The notes under the pieces are model-generated. The model searched no databases. It saw only the letters and a list, made by a program, of their open reading frames with translations, and was not told where the DNA came from. From a virus (taxonomy: Duplodnaviria > Caudoviricetes): a stretch of 49,486 bases of DNA. Below, piece by piece: positions 9,366-18,744 of this stretch. The DNA lies in IMG/VR virus record IMGVR_UViG_3300011338_000733, positions 1-49,486 of that record. One strand, given 5' to 3'. Made by a program: the position numbers and the translations under genes. The first letter of the stretch is position 1; the number at the start of each line of letters is the position of its first letter.

Positions 9366-10860
9366 GTTACTTAATATATTGAATGAGGGCGCCATTCAAC
9401 TCACTCCTAAAGAAAGACAGCAAGTAGAACAAATGCTTCCTGATATTATAGAAGTAATATCTGGAAAATATATTGGAGATAATAGGCAAATGGAAGTAGG
9501 AGATATGGAAATAGTGTCAGCTGATGGAACTCCTATGAAAGTAAAGATATATGTAGGAAACGATTTATCCCATCCTAATTCTAGTGCGTACCACCAAGCT
9601 GCAGATAGAAAAAACCCTGATGACAATCACATACTTATTCAACAGTTTCAATTCTCTCCGTATTTTAAAGGATTATCAGGAGCTGATATCAAGTTGAATA
9701 AGCTAGTTACTGGCGATGAAAATGTTGGACTAGAAAAATTGAGACTCATGATCAAGCACGAAATAATTCATGCTAAAGATCCAGCTTTGAATCAACATTA
9801 TAGGAAAGAGCCATACGATTCTAGTAAAGAAGAAGTTTACTATAAATCATGGGCAGAATTTCAAACCATGACTGGTCAGTTCTTCGAAGCCATAACTACT
9901 GGCGTTGACAGGGCTTTAGAATCTGGCGTATCAAAAGACACCATACTTAAAGCTTTAGATAACATACTACAATATTATTCTGGTAAAGTAAAATTTTTTA
10001 CTGACGATACAAATGATTTTATTCAAGGAACCAAAACCAGAAACGCATTTCAATCATTAATCAAGTTTGCTAGTAGCATCGTTTTAGGATCTAACCAAAG
10101 TGCTATTCAAACATACGCAGCATATATTCAAGGAATTAAACAGTATAATCCTGAAGGATACAAAGAGTATCTAACTGACTTATATAAAACAATAGATCAA
10201 GCAAAAGATAAATTAAAAACAATGCAAGAAATGAAATCAAATACTATTAATGAAGTAATAAGAATGCAGAAGTTAGCAGGATTGCTAACCGAAGCTGAAG
10301 AATCAAATAACAAAGATTCTGAAATAGATTCAGCTATGAAAGCTGGATTATCTGCATTAACCAGTGATGCAGAATCTTTAGAAGAAATTGAAGAAGATGA
10401 TGATCAACCTCAAGAACTTAATGAAAGCGTAATTGCACTAATAGCGAGTTCTTTATTAGCAGCTCCTAAAATAATAGAGTGGATAGGTAAAGCTATTTCA
10501 TTCGTTTCAAAACCATTTATTGGAGCTGATGAATCAGATGAGCATACTGTTGGTAAAAAAATACAACATTTTGCCCATAAATGGGAAAAATTATATCTAA
10601 AGGCTATTATTTGGGTAGTTAAAAAAACTAAGTTTGCTAAAAAGTTGTGGATGACAGATGATAATAAAATAGATGAGCAAAAATTAGTAGTGTTGTCTAA
10701 ATATTTATATGCCGCTATTTTAGCAGTAGCAATAGGCAATGCTATTGGAACTGTTCTAGGACCAGCATCTCCTATACTTAAAGGAATTGAAGCTAGTTTA
10801 GGAGGCATAAAAGCAACAGAAATTGCAACTATAGCTTCAAAAGTAAAAGGACAACTCTAA
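9358..10860 (+). CDS. Putative virion-internal polyprotein: HEXXH zinc-metallopeptidase-like domain plus hydrophobic C-terminal domain
   Basis: Leader MIKLLNILNE; HEIIH...E motif; internal RMQKLAGLLTE and QELNE sites; hydrophobic helices near the C-terminus. Confidence 0.6.
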   Translation: MIKLLNILNEGAIQLTPKERQQVEQMLPDIIEVISGKYIGDNRQMEVGDMEIVSADGTPMKVKIYVGNDLSHPNSSAYHQAADRKNPDDNHILIQQFQFSPYFKGLSGADIKLNKLVTGDENVGLEKLRLMIKHEIIHAKDPALNQHYRKEPYDSSKEEVYYKSWAEFQTMTGQFFEAITTGVDRALESGVSKDTILKALDNILQYYSGKVKFFTDDTNDFIQGTKTRNAFQSLIKFASSIVLGSNQSAIQTYAAYIQGIKQYNPEGYKEYLTDLYKTIDQAKDKLKTMQEMKSNTINEVIRMQKLAGLLTEAEESNNKDSEIDSAMKAGLSALTSDAESLEEIEEDDDQPQELNESVIALIASSLLAAPKIIEWIGKAISFVSKPFIGADESDEHTVGKKIQHFAHKWEKLYLKAIIWVVKKTKFAKKLWMTDDNKIDEQKLVVLSKYLYAAILAVAIGNAIGTVLGPASPILKGIEASLGGIKATEIATIASKVKGQL

Positions 10861-10883
10861 ATGATTTTAATAAAATACAAGTA

Positions 10884-11354
10884 ATGAATAAAGAGATATC
10901 AAGACTACAAAAATTAGCTGGATTAATTAAAGAAGGTCAATCTATATTTAATGAACCTGGTCCTGATGATTTAGCACCAGAAGATTATGATGATCCAAAC
11001 ACTGGATTAGATGCATATGGAAATGATGAAAATGACACAGATGATGTAAGTGAAGGTCGAGATGAAAATAATGAAGCATTAGAAATAGGAGATCGCATAC
11101 TGGTTACATACGGTAACGAATACTATGGTCATAACGGAACGATTGAAGACATCAGAGGTGGATTCGTTGTAGTAAGCATAGACGACGTAGATGGTGAATT
11201 CAGCATGCATAAGTCTGATGTGCAAAAGATAGAAGACGACGAAGAGGCTGATTCATTCTATGATGATGAAGATGATGACTACGGACCAGTTACTGATTAC
11301 GGTAAGAGGAGACAAGCCGATGACGATAGCTATTTTGGTATCAGTCGTAAATAG
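10884..11354 (+). CDS. Acidic protein with RLQKLAGLIKE leader and KOW/SH3-like domain
   Basis: IGDRILVTYG..YYGHNGTIEDI KOW-like pattern. Confidence 0.6.
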   Translation: MNKEISRLQKLAGLIKEGQSIFNEPGPDDLAPEDYDDPNTGLDAYGNDENDTDDVSEGRDENNEALEIGDRILVTYGNEYYGHNGTIEDIRGGFVVVSIDDVDGEFSMHKSDVQKIEDDEEADSFYDDEDDDYGPVTDYGKRRQADDDSYFGISRK

Positions 11355-11471
11355 AAACACAAAGATCTAAACCTAAGCCCAAGTCTACCCCATTGGAAAC
11401 CAACGCGTTATGGGGCTAAAAAATATCTAATTCTGGATTCCTAGGTTAGATATTTTCTATTGTGGGGCTCT

Positions 11472-11571
11472 GGGATTAGATAAACTAAAAACTTCTAAAA
11501 ATAGTTCAAAAAAGCTTTACCATGTGGCCAGAAAGGGGTAATTTAGCCCTGTTACCAAATCAAACAGCATG
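11472..11571 (+). repeat. Copy 3 of the promoter repeat
   Basis: Direct sequence comparison. Confidence 0.9.
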
Positions 11572-11799
11572 ACTACTTCTAATCTCTCCGCCGCTTTCGC
11601 CACCATTACCCACGACGATCTTTATGCCATCCTCGATGCACTGCAATTTAAAGCACGTGACACTGAAAGGTTCATCAATACTCAGCTTGAGCCAGTAAAA
11701 GCAGAGCGTCCTAGTCTGTATAAGGCTTATATTGAGATGTTCGAAAAGGAGACTGATATGTACCACAAGTTCAAAGCGATCGTCTACGACGAGATCTAG
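11569..11799 (+). CDS. Early hypothetical protein
   Basis: ATG at the end of the promoter repeat. Confidence 0.75.
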   Translation: MTTSNLSAAFATITHDDLYAILDALQFKARDTERFINTQLEPVKAERPSLYKAYIEMFEKETDMYHKFKAIVYDEI

Positions 11800-11848
11800 T
11801 CGCTGCCTCTTATCAACCCAAACCCGAAACCTAATTAAAATAAAAGTT

Positions 11849-12091
11849 ATGACAACAGAATTCAAGTTCACATTCGAGACAAAGCAAGAACAATTTGAAG
11901 CTGAGCGCATAGGATATATCGACGCCTACGATTGCGTAAGGATGGAAATTAAGCCTTGGCACTCTAAAGGAACCATTGACTTTCCTATCAAAAATCGTGA
12001 AAGCTACAAGGAAATGCTTAAAGTGCATAAAGGAGATATCCTTAGAGTATATCCCACCGTCCACAGTTACGATGTCCAAGACTATCTCTAA
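11849..12091 (+). CDS. Early hypothetical protein (start re-called)
   Basis: AAAATAAAAGTTATG leader at 11849. Confidence 0.7.
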   Translation: MTTEFKFTFETKQEQFEAERIGYIDAYDCVRMEIKPWHSKGTIDFPIKNRESYKEMLKVHKGDILRVYPTVHSYDVQDYL

Positions 12092-12111
12092 TCAACCAAA
12101 AAATAAAAGTT

Positions 12112-12423
12112 ATGGAAAAATTTAGAATTAAGCCGCACGGTCAATTCGGCACAGCGATATCCATACTAACCACTCTATCAGGCACTTACATCTGCCCAGG
12201 TTGGCATCCAGTGCCAGCAGGCACAAGTGTAGATCAAGTAGAGTTCGAGATAGATCACTCGATAAAGACCACGGTCGAAACATTTAGAGCAGAATCTTCT
12301 ACCAAGCCTGGTAAATTCTACGAGGTAAAGAAGTCCAAAGGAACATGGAGCTGCAGCTGCGCATCAGGATCTTGGCGTAGAGGTGAATGTCGACACATAA
12401 AAACTATAAAAGCAACGATATGA
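12112..12423 (+). CDS. SWIM zinc-finger protein
   Basis: Y.V....WSCSC......CRHI motif. Confidence 0.8.
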   Translation: MEKFRIKPHGQFGTAISILTTLSGTYICPGWHPVPAGTSVDQVEFEIDHSIKTTVETFRAESSTKPGKFYEVKKSKGTWSCSCASGSWRRGECRHIKTIKATI

Positions 12424-12623
12424 CAGCAAAAGAAAAAGCAGCATACTTAGTACTGAAGTATATGAGTAAAGTAGTTAGTAAGCAATTAGCTAAAGAATGT
12501 GCGTTGGTCGCGGTGGAAGAACTACTTGAAGAATATCCATTAGCACAGTGCCCTCCAGATAGCTACGAAATGGTAAGATTTTTGCTTTGGAAAGACGTTA
12601 AACAAGAAATAGAAAAAATATGA
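12420..12623 (+). CDS. MTxKEKA family small protein (start re-called)
   Basis: ATGA overlap; AKECALVAVEE...W..VKQEIEK. Confidence 0.7.
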   Translation: MTAKEKAAYLVLKYMSKVVSKQLAKECALVAVEELLEEYPLAQCPPDSYEMVRFLLWKDVKQEIEKI

Positions 12624-12919
12624 ATATAAAAAAGACAATCGCTAAGTGGTTAAAGATCACTGAAGAAGACATCGAAGAGAATGACTACGCAAAGTTCAAG
12701 AAGTTCGGTGAATCCAAATCAGTTGAATTCGAATACGAGTGTTTAAATAAAACATTCTGTAAGGTGACCCAGTGGGCAAATGGAGAAGGATTCGATATCA
12801 GTTGGGAAACAGAAACCAATGTTAAAACAGGTGTGTGGACTAGTAAACGAATCGAATTACACGATGATGAGCTACAGACTATGCTGTATTGTCTAAAAGA
12901 TTTAGGTTACTTTGATTAA
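12620..12919 (+). CDS. Hypothetical protein
   Basis: ORF track. Confidence 0.7.
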   Translation: MNIKKTIAKWLKITEEDIEENDYAKFKKFGESKSVEFEYECLNKTFCKVTQWANGEGFDISWETETNVKTGVWTSKRIELHDDELQTMLYCLKDLGYFD

Positions 12920-12979
12920 GAGACCGAAAACTTATGCTTTAGATTGTCAGAAAATAGTAGTAAATTTATACAAATAAAT

Positions 12980-13108
12980 AGTCAGGTGGCGGAATTGTTT
13001 GCCCTGCTGAAATAAAAACTTGGGTCTGAGACATCGGTAAACGCACCAGCATCACGAGAATGAGAAGGGTTGCAGAAATGCTTATAGGTTCGAATCCTAT
13101 CCTGACTA
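12980..13108 (+). ncRNA. tRNA-like RNA with a ~40-nt insertion in the D-loop and no canonical anticodon arm
   Basis: Acceptor AGTCAGG/CCTGACT-A; T-arm ATAGG-TTCGAAT-CCTAT; TGGCGGAA...GGTAAACGC D-arm; own promoter motif at 12961. Confidence 0.7.
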
Positions 13109-13122
13109 CAAAACAAAAAATT

Positions 13123-13749
13123 ATGAAAAAGAGTAAGTTTGCATCTAAAGATAATAGATCCTTCAAAGAGAAAGCAATTAACTTTGCACAAAGCATGCTA
13201 TTCTGGAAAGGTAGAAAGAAAGGCATGGTCCACACTCGAGATATAAAGTTAGATGACGTTAGAGCTGTATTCTTTCCTAAGAACTTCTATGAGAAATACC
13301 ACTACTTAGGCAGTGTACCTTGGAAAGAGGAAGGCGAGATATTCAAAGCCATGGAACCTTTAGTCATATTTATGGACTATAAGGCAAAGCCTAAGTGGTG
13401 TCCTCGGTGGTTCTTAAGGTTCTTACACTTATTTGGAGCAGATAACTCTATCGTCAGAGTAAGGAACAGAAGACTTAGTCGTCTACTAATACGTCTAACT
13501 AAAGGATATATTATATATGACTATAAGACCAAGTGGAAGTATTATGATCTTAGGATATCTTTAAGCGCAGATCCTCAAGTGCATGAATTAGCAGATAGTA
13601 TCGAAGAAAGGTTTTATGAACGAGGACACAAAGAAGATTTAGCACAGCAAATCAAAGACTTAGATCCTGATACCATATTTGATAAGTACAGGTCAATAAA
13701 AGATTTGCAAGCAGAGCTAGAAAGACTTGATGGAGTAAATGAATTCTAA
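13123..13749 (+). CDS. Hypothetical protein (start re-called downstream of the RNA)
   Basis: A-rich leader before ATG at 13123. Confidence 0.7.
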   Translation: MKKSKFASKDNRSFKEKAINFAQSMLFWKGRKKGMVHTRDIKLDDVRAVFFPKNFYEKYHYLGSVPWKEEGEIFKAMEPLVIFMDYKAKPKWCPRWFLRFLHLFGADNSIVRVRNRRLSRLLIRLTKGYIIYDYKTKWKYYDLRISLSADPQVHELADSIEERFYERGHKEDLAQQIKDLDPDTIFDKYRSIKDLQAELERLDGVNEF

Positions 13750-13758
13750 AAAATAACT

Positions 13759-14016
13759 ATGGCACAAACAGCAGTAGAACTAATAGAAGAGGGAATAAAG
13801 GCAAGAGAAAAATATTGGCACGATCAATATCAGCAAGGCTATCAACGTGCACTTAGCGACATAGCGATGTATATTGAAGAAGCCAAACAAATGGAAGAAC
13901 AACAACTCAAAGATGCCATTATGCATGCTTTAGATGAGGATGGGCATACTGGAGATTGGAAGATTAAGTTTGCTAATGAATATATTAAGAATCTTAAATG
14001 GATTAAAATAAAATAA
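13759..14016 (+). CDS. QTAVE family small protein
   Basis: MAQTAVE...AKQMEEQQL. Confidence 0.7.
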   Translation: MAQTAVELIEEGIKAREKYWHDQYQQGYQRALSDIAMYIEEAKQMEEQQLKDAIMHALDEDGHTGDWKIKFANEYIKNLKWIKIK

Positions 14017-14250
14017 ATGAAAGTAACAGTATTAAAAGACAGGATGCTAGACGCCATAGATAAGTTGACTATGGTAAGATCTTATAGAGTAATCAATCCA
14101 GAAAGAAAGAGCGATAGCTATTGGTTCATCTACGCAAAGATACCAGGATTCTTCGTGTTCAAAGGAAAGACTAAAGAGTTTGCTAATAGGATAGAGATAG
14201 GACCATGTATTAATTGGACCAAATATCTGTTAGTAATTGAGTGGTATTAA
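14017..14250 (+). CDS. Hypothetical protein
   Basis: ORF track. Confidence 0.65.
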   Translation: MKVTVLKDRMLDAIDKLTMVRSYRVINPERKSDSYWFIYAKIPGFFVFKGKTKEFANRIEIGPCINWTKYLLVIEWY

Positions 14251-14260
14251 AAAATAAAGT

Positions 14261-14449
14261 ATGCGATTACACATAAAGACCACAAATATAGAGATAGAAT
14301 ACTCAGACGAGTACTCAATAATAGAAGAAGCTGCAAAGAAAAGGCTCATCGAATTATTAGATAGGCTTTATGAAAAAGAAGAGCTCGCAAATAACAATAA
14401 AGCAAAATCAAAGTGTAAGTACTGCGGTGGAGAGGATAAAGGACAATAG
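14261..14449 (+). CDS. Hypothetical protein with CxxC
   Basis: ORF track. Confidence 0.6.
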   Translation: MRLHIKTTNIEIEYSDEYSIIEEAAKKRLIELLDRLYEKEELANNNKAKSKCKYCGGEDKGQ

Positions 14450-14497
14450 ACTAATATTTATATCAAAACCTTAGGGGAAATCAAAGAAATATTATAG

Positions 14498-15649
14498 ATG
14501 AATACACTAGAACTTGCTAGACTAAAAAAGCATCTGCTTCAAGAGATAACATTTCAATCAGGCCACGCCTCAGATTCAGATGAAGAGAACATTGCAAGCA
14601 AATTCATGTATTTAGACGATTTTGGTTCCGGCGCGATATACAAAAAGCTACAAGATCTAAATGTTTTAAATAAAAATGGAAGCCTAATATGGGATACTAA
14701 ACTAACCGATGAGATACAAAAGCTAATAAAGTCTAAAGCAAAAGACATAGTAAGTTCTAAAGATATGGAGCTTTTAGTTTTTAAGACTCCCGGAAATAAT
14801 AATAAATGCGCTCTAGTTAATCCATCAGCAAGAACTATAACAGAGTATTTTATAGGCATGATTAATATATCGTTTGATGAGGATTCTAGAACCTATAGCG
14901 ATTACTCTACATCACAGGCCGTGGATATACCATTCTATCAAATTACGTGGTCTGATCTAGCAAAGGCATATCGAGGAAAAGGAATTGGCAAGCAATTATA
15001 TACTTTGGTTTATGAGTGGACCAAAAGCAAGGGAGCAGGATTAGCTTCAGACAGTATGCTATATGAAGGATCAGCAAGAATGTGGACTAATTATATGCCA
15101 CAGATAGCCAGTTATTTTGGAGTGTTATTAGGTAATATTGTAATACCGATCTCAAAAGAGGAGGCAATGCTTGATAAATTCAAGTATTTTGGAGCTGCAG
15201 ATGGATTTGCGGCATTTGAGAATCCATCAAAAACCATGAGAAAGATCTTATATAATCTCAAAGGTTTAACCTATAGTAATGGAGATATATTCATAGTTGA
15301 TTTAGCAGAAACCCAAAAAGTCAATTCTAAAATTGATCGTGAAGAAACTATGACCTTATTTGATATGGTTGAAGAGTCATCTAGCATGAAAGAACTGCTA
15401 GATAAAATAGATAGAGAGGTAAGCGTAGATAATGAATTTGGCGGAAAACAAAGTCTGAAATATATTAATAGAGCCGCCAAAACCTCATCAGTTAAGGCAA
15501 CAGTGTTTACGTTTGAAGACTCATTAGTAATAGTAAAAACTGTCTCAACTGGAGAGGAAGAGGTATTACCGAAAAATAAAAGAGTGGATAAAGATGGCAA
15601 CAAAATCAAACCTAAAAAATTAACAAGACTAGTAGCAGTAACTATATAA
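14498..15649 (+). CDS. GNAT-like acetyltransferase with putative capsid-targeting leader
   Basis: AYRGKGIGKQLY acetyl-CoA motif, LASDS...SARMW; leader MNTLELARLKKHLLQE; late motif at 14454. Confidence 0.7.
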   Translation: MNTLELARLKKHLLQEITFQSGHASDSDEENIASKFMYLDDFGSGAIYKKLQDLNVLNKNGSLIWDTKLTDEIQKLIKSKAKDIVSSKDMELLVFKTPGNNNKCALVNPSARTITEYFIGMINISFDEDSRTYSDYSTSQAVDIPFYQITWSDLAKAYRGKGIGKQLYTLVYEWTKSKGAGLASDSMLYEGSARMWTNYMPQIASYFGVLLGNIVIPISKEEAMLDKFKYFGAADGFAAFENPSKTMRKILYNLKGLTYSNGDIFIVDLAETQKVNSKIDREETMTLFDMVEESSSMKELLDKIDREVSVDNEFGGKQSLKYINRAAKTSSVKATVFTFEDSLVIVKTVSTGEEEVLPKNKRVDKDGNKIKPKKLTRLVAVTI

Positions 15650-15650
15650 A

Positions 15651-15917
15651 ATGCAAGATACAAATAATACCATAGAACTAAAAAGAGTCGAAGATCTATT
15701 AGATCAGGCACAACAAAACAAGAAATACTCAGTCCAATCTGAATACGAAGCAAGAATTAAACAGCTTAAGCTATTAACTTTTATAGAGAAAAAAATAGGA
15801 CAAGAATTACCTATGCTAAAGTTCGGGGATTTTTGGGAAGATTACGTGAAACAATTAGGTTGGAAAGGAAAGACCAAAGACTATAGAGCCATAGCAGATT
15901 ACTTAATGTCAAAGTAA
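15651..15917 (+). CDS. Hypothetical protein
   Basis: ORF track. Confidence 0.65.
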   Translation: MQDTNNTIELKRVEDLLDQAQQNKKYSVQSEYEARIKQLKLLTFIEKKIGQELPMLKFGDFWEDYVKQLGWKGKTKDYRAIADYLMSK

Positions 15918-15922
15918 AACAA

Positions 15923-15956
15923 AAAGGATACACTAAAAATGTATCCTTTCTTTTTT
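15923..15956 (+). terminator. Intrinsic terminator
   Basis: AAAGGATACA-loop-TGTATCCTTT followed by a T-tract. Confidence 0.75.
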
Positions 15957-16021
15957 CATAGGATTGTGTTATATTTACAATAGTTAATCACAATCGTACC
16001 TTTACCGCCTAAAAACTAAAA

Positions 16022-16519
16022 ATGAAAGTTATAATCATCTCGTTATTGGCCATGTCTTGTCTGTTCTCCTCTTGCACAAAGAACGAAGTAATACCTGAGG
16101 ACTTCATTGTAGCTACCATATACTACAGACTAGAAATGATAGATCAAGATTCTACTAAAGCATATAGCAATATCGTAGCAACAAAGACACCGATAACATT
16201 TACACAATCTAGAATCCAAGGTATAGAACTACCGACAGGAGACAATGATGAGGATGATGACGATGATGATAAGAAAAACTTCTGTACGAGATATCCTAAC
16301 AGCATAAAGTGCAGAACATTACCAATATTACTAGAGTACTTTAAGCTAGATAAGGTAGGATCAGGATATGTAACCTTAAAGTGGAAGTCATTAGACGAGA
16401 CCAACTTTAAAGTATATAATGTTCAAAGATCAAGAGATGCAAAGATCTATAAAAACATAGCAGAGATAAAACCAAAAGGATCATTAGAGTACACATATAC
16501 AGATAAACTAAACAAATAG
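16022..16519 (+). CDS. Lipoprotein with a circularly permuted Bacteroidota Ig/FN3-like 'LPxxLxxF' domain
   Basis: Lipobox FSSC; YYRLEMIDQD..YSNI precedes LPILLEYF..LKW....E.N...YNVQRS.D..YTYTD. Confidence 0.6.
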   Translation: MKVIIISLLAMSCLFSSCTKNEVIPEDFIVATIYYRLEMIDQDSTKAYSNIVATKTPITFTQSRIQGIELPTGDNDEDDDDDDKKNFCTRYPNSIKCRTLPILLEYFKLDKVGSGYVTLKWKSLDETNFKVYNVQRSRDAKIYKNIAEIKPKGSLEYTYTDKLNK

Positions 16520-16552
16520 TTATAAAAGTAAGAATCACGTAATAAATAACAC

Positions 16553-16771
16553 ATGAAAAAAACACTAATTATTCTATTTTTTCTAGTTCCTTTACTAGCT
16601 GTTTCTCAAGACAAACGCAAACTAGATAGCCTAAACAAGAGGTACGACTCCTTGCTATTTGTAATGAAGAGACCCCAAATGATAGACTCGATGTCGGTTT
16701 TAAATAAGTTGATTCTATTGCTTCAAGAAGTTGACGCAAAGAGATACAAACTATCCCTAAAAAACAAATAG
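16553..16771 (+). CDS. Small secreted protein
   Basis: MKK + hydrophobic + AVS-Q, a Bacteroidota-style signal peptide. Confidence 0.65.
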   Translation: MKKTLIILFFLVPLLAVSQDKRKLDSLNKRYDSLLFVMKRPQMIDSMSVLNKLILLLQEVDAKRYKLSLKNK

Positions 16772-16773
16772 TT

Positions 16774-17082
16774 ATGGAACAAACAGCAGTAGAATGGTTG
16801 ATTAAGAGGTACCACGATTACGGTACCTTGTACTACGAGGACATGACCAGAGCCAAAGAGATGGAGAAGGCACAAATCGCAGAAGCATATCGCACGGGAG
16901 TCGAAGAGGACGTTTACAATAACCCTCTAAAAACAGGAGAGGAGTACTTTAACGAAACCTATAGCAAAATAGAACCAAGCCAATCCAAAGAACCCACACC
17001 AGAGGCTTACGATAAAGTAGAAGAAAGTAAACTAGGAATGAGCGACTATATGCGAATGGGATTCGTAGTAATGTTAGCGTAA
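16774..17082 (+). CDS. QTAVEW family protein
   Basis: MEQTAVEWL...AKEMEKAQI...YFNETY. Confidence 0.7.
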   Translation: MEQTAVEWLIKRYHDYGTLYYEDMTRAKEMEKAQIAEAYRTGVEEDVYNNPLKTGEEYFNETYSKIEPSQSKEPTPEAYDKVEESKLGMSDYMRMGFVVMLA

Positions 17083-17187
17083 GTAAAACCTTTAAAAAAT
17101 AAGTATGAAAATTACAAAATTAGATATATTATTATCAATAACTATGGTTTTAACATGGATATTAATTTACTTATTAACTAAATAACT

Positions 17188-17394
17188 ATGGCACTTACAA
17201 TCGCAACAGTTTCCCTATGTTTATGCATCGTACTGTTACAACACTTGTACAATTGGATAATCAGAAAGGCTTTTCAGATTATGGAAGAGGATGGAATGGA
17301 TGCATCTCCTCACGGACTATTAATTGCAGGGAGTATAGTTACATTGATAATAACAATCGCGCTATTTAAACTCTTAATAGATATAAACAAATAG
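17188..17394 (+). CDS. Small two-TM membrane protein
   Basis: Hydropathy. Confidence 0.65.
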   Translation: MALTIATVSLCLCIVLLQHLYNWIIRKAFQIMEEDGMDASPHGLLIAGSIVTLIITIALFKLLIDINK

Positions 17395-17396
17395 TT

Positions 17397-17681
17397 ATGG
17401 CATCAATTGATAATCAAATCTTGAGTATCGAAACAGATACTATACACGCAAATAAAGTAAAAGATCTTGTACTTGGTAGTCTAATCAGACAAGGATTAAT
17501 AAGCCAAGAAGACGGAATGGATTATGTAGAAAGGTTTCAAGTTGTTATATTTAAAGGATCTTGGTTCAAGAGATTCTTTGACAAGTACGTAAAGACTGGT
17601 ACAAATAGTATGGATGGATATTTCTATAGAGTAGTTGAAATGGAATATAAAAAGCCAATGACGTTAGATGATATATCTTAA
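17397..17681 (+). CDS. Hypothetical protein
   Basis: ORF track. Confidence 0.7.
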   Translation: MASIDNQILSIETDTIHANKVKDLVLGSLIRQGLISQEDGMDYVERFQVVIFKGSWFKRFFDKYVKTGTNSMDGYFYRVVEMEYKKPMTLDDIS

Positions 17682-17692
17682 AACAAATAACA

Positions 17693-17908
17693 ATGGAACA
17701 AACAGCAGTAGAATGGTTTATAGAACAGGTTGAACTAATCTCTCTTAACTCTAAAAGAATATCAAAAGAAGAAACGATTAAATTGTATAATCATGCTATA
17801 CAAAAAGCCAAAAAGATGGAGAAGGAGCAGCTCAATATTGCAAGATTAGACGGCATAAACCTAGCAAATAAAGGATACGGAAAATGTTATTTTAACACTT
17901 ATGAATAA
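17693..17908 (+). CDS. QTAVEW family protein
   Basis: MEQTAVEWF...AKKMEKEQL. Confidence 0.7.
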   Translation: MEQTAVEWFIEQVELISLNSKRISKEETIKLYNHAIQKAKKMEKEQLNIARLDGINLANKGYGKCYFNTYE

Positions 17909-17986
17909 AGCACAACTTATAATAATAATATGTTTTATAGGATTTATGATTGGATGCACAATTGCTCATAAACTTAAACCTTAACT

Positions 17987-18214
17987 ATGACACCGCAAAA
18001 GAAAGCACAAGAACTAGTTGATCAATACATGGATCTAAGCGAGGAGCGAGAGTATGATACACCAAGAGATATGCCTAAAGAAATGGCTATTAAGTGCGCA
18101 ATGATAGCCGTAGATGAGATAATAGCAAACATAGAACCATCAGTTTCAATGGATGTAATTGAAGCAAGAGTAAATTATTTCCAAGCCGTAAAAGAAGAAA
18201 TAGAAAAACTATAA
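17987..18214 (+). CDS. MTPxxKA family protein
   Basis: AIKCAMIAVDEII...VKEEIEKL. Confidence 0.7.
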   Translation: MTPQKKAQELVDQYMDLSEEREYDTPRDMPKEMAIKCAMIAVDEIIANIEPSVSMDVIEARVNYFQAVKEEIEKL

Positions 18215-18216
18215 CT

Positions 18217-18486
18217 ATGCAAGATACAGAACATAGTCCTTATTGCCCTATATGCAATGGTTGCGGAGAAGAGTCTTGCTGTTCTCCTATGTCTTGCGAA
18301 CAGACTCCCGATGGACCCTATTGCAAATCCTACTTGATCGACCTTAAGTTCGCGTACGCAATGAATAAATTCTTTGAAGAAAAGATTTCGAGCAGATTGC
18401 CACATGACCTAAAAGCCGAGTACGACACGGAGTGGGACTACATGCTCGAGCGCCACTATAATCCATCGATCCCGATAACCGAGTAG
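18217..18486 (+). CDS. Cys-rich putative metal-binding protein
   Basis: CPICNGCGEESCC...C...C. Confidence 0.7.
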   Translation: MQDTEHSPYCPICNGCGEESCCSPMSCEQTPDGPYCKSYLIDLKFAYAMNKFFEEKISSRLPHDLKAEYDTEWDYMLERHYNPSIPITE

Positions 18487-18559
18487 ATTAATATATACAC
18501 CAAAATAGAATCTTTTTTAATTTCAAGGGATTTTCGTACATTTACCTAAACAAATAGCT

Positions 18560-18742
18560 ATGGAACAACAAACAATAGACAACATAAACGAAACGTTAGA
18601 TAGGATCGAGGCAAGAATGGATAATATGAGTAGAATGTTGGATGAGATAATAGCAGAGATAGAGAAGCATCAGCAACCTAAAGTATTTGAAACAGACGGT
18701 GAAGTAATGTTCAGGAATAGAAGATTTAATTTAAACAAATAG
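18560..18742 (+). CDS. Small coiled-coil protein
   Basis: Heptad pattern; promoter motif at 18537. Confidence 0.65.
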   Translation: MEQQTIDNINETLDRIEARMDNMSRMLDEIIAEIEKHQQPKVFETDGEVMFRNRRFNLNK

Positions 18743-18744
18743 TT

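Noticed and set aside
13060-13122. Upstream start of ORF 13060-13749, and - strand ORFs 12966/12982
   Set aside because: They overlap the tRNA-like RNA; the A-rich leader favours 13123.
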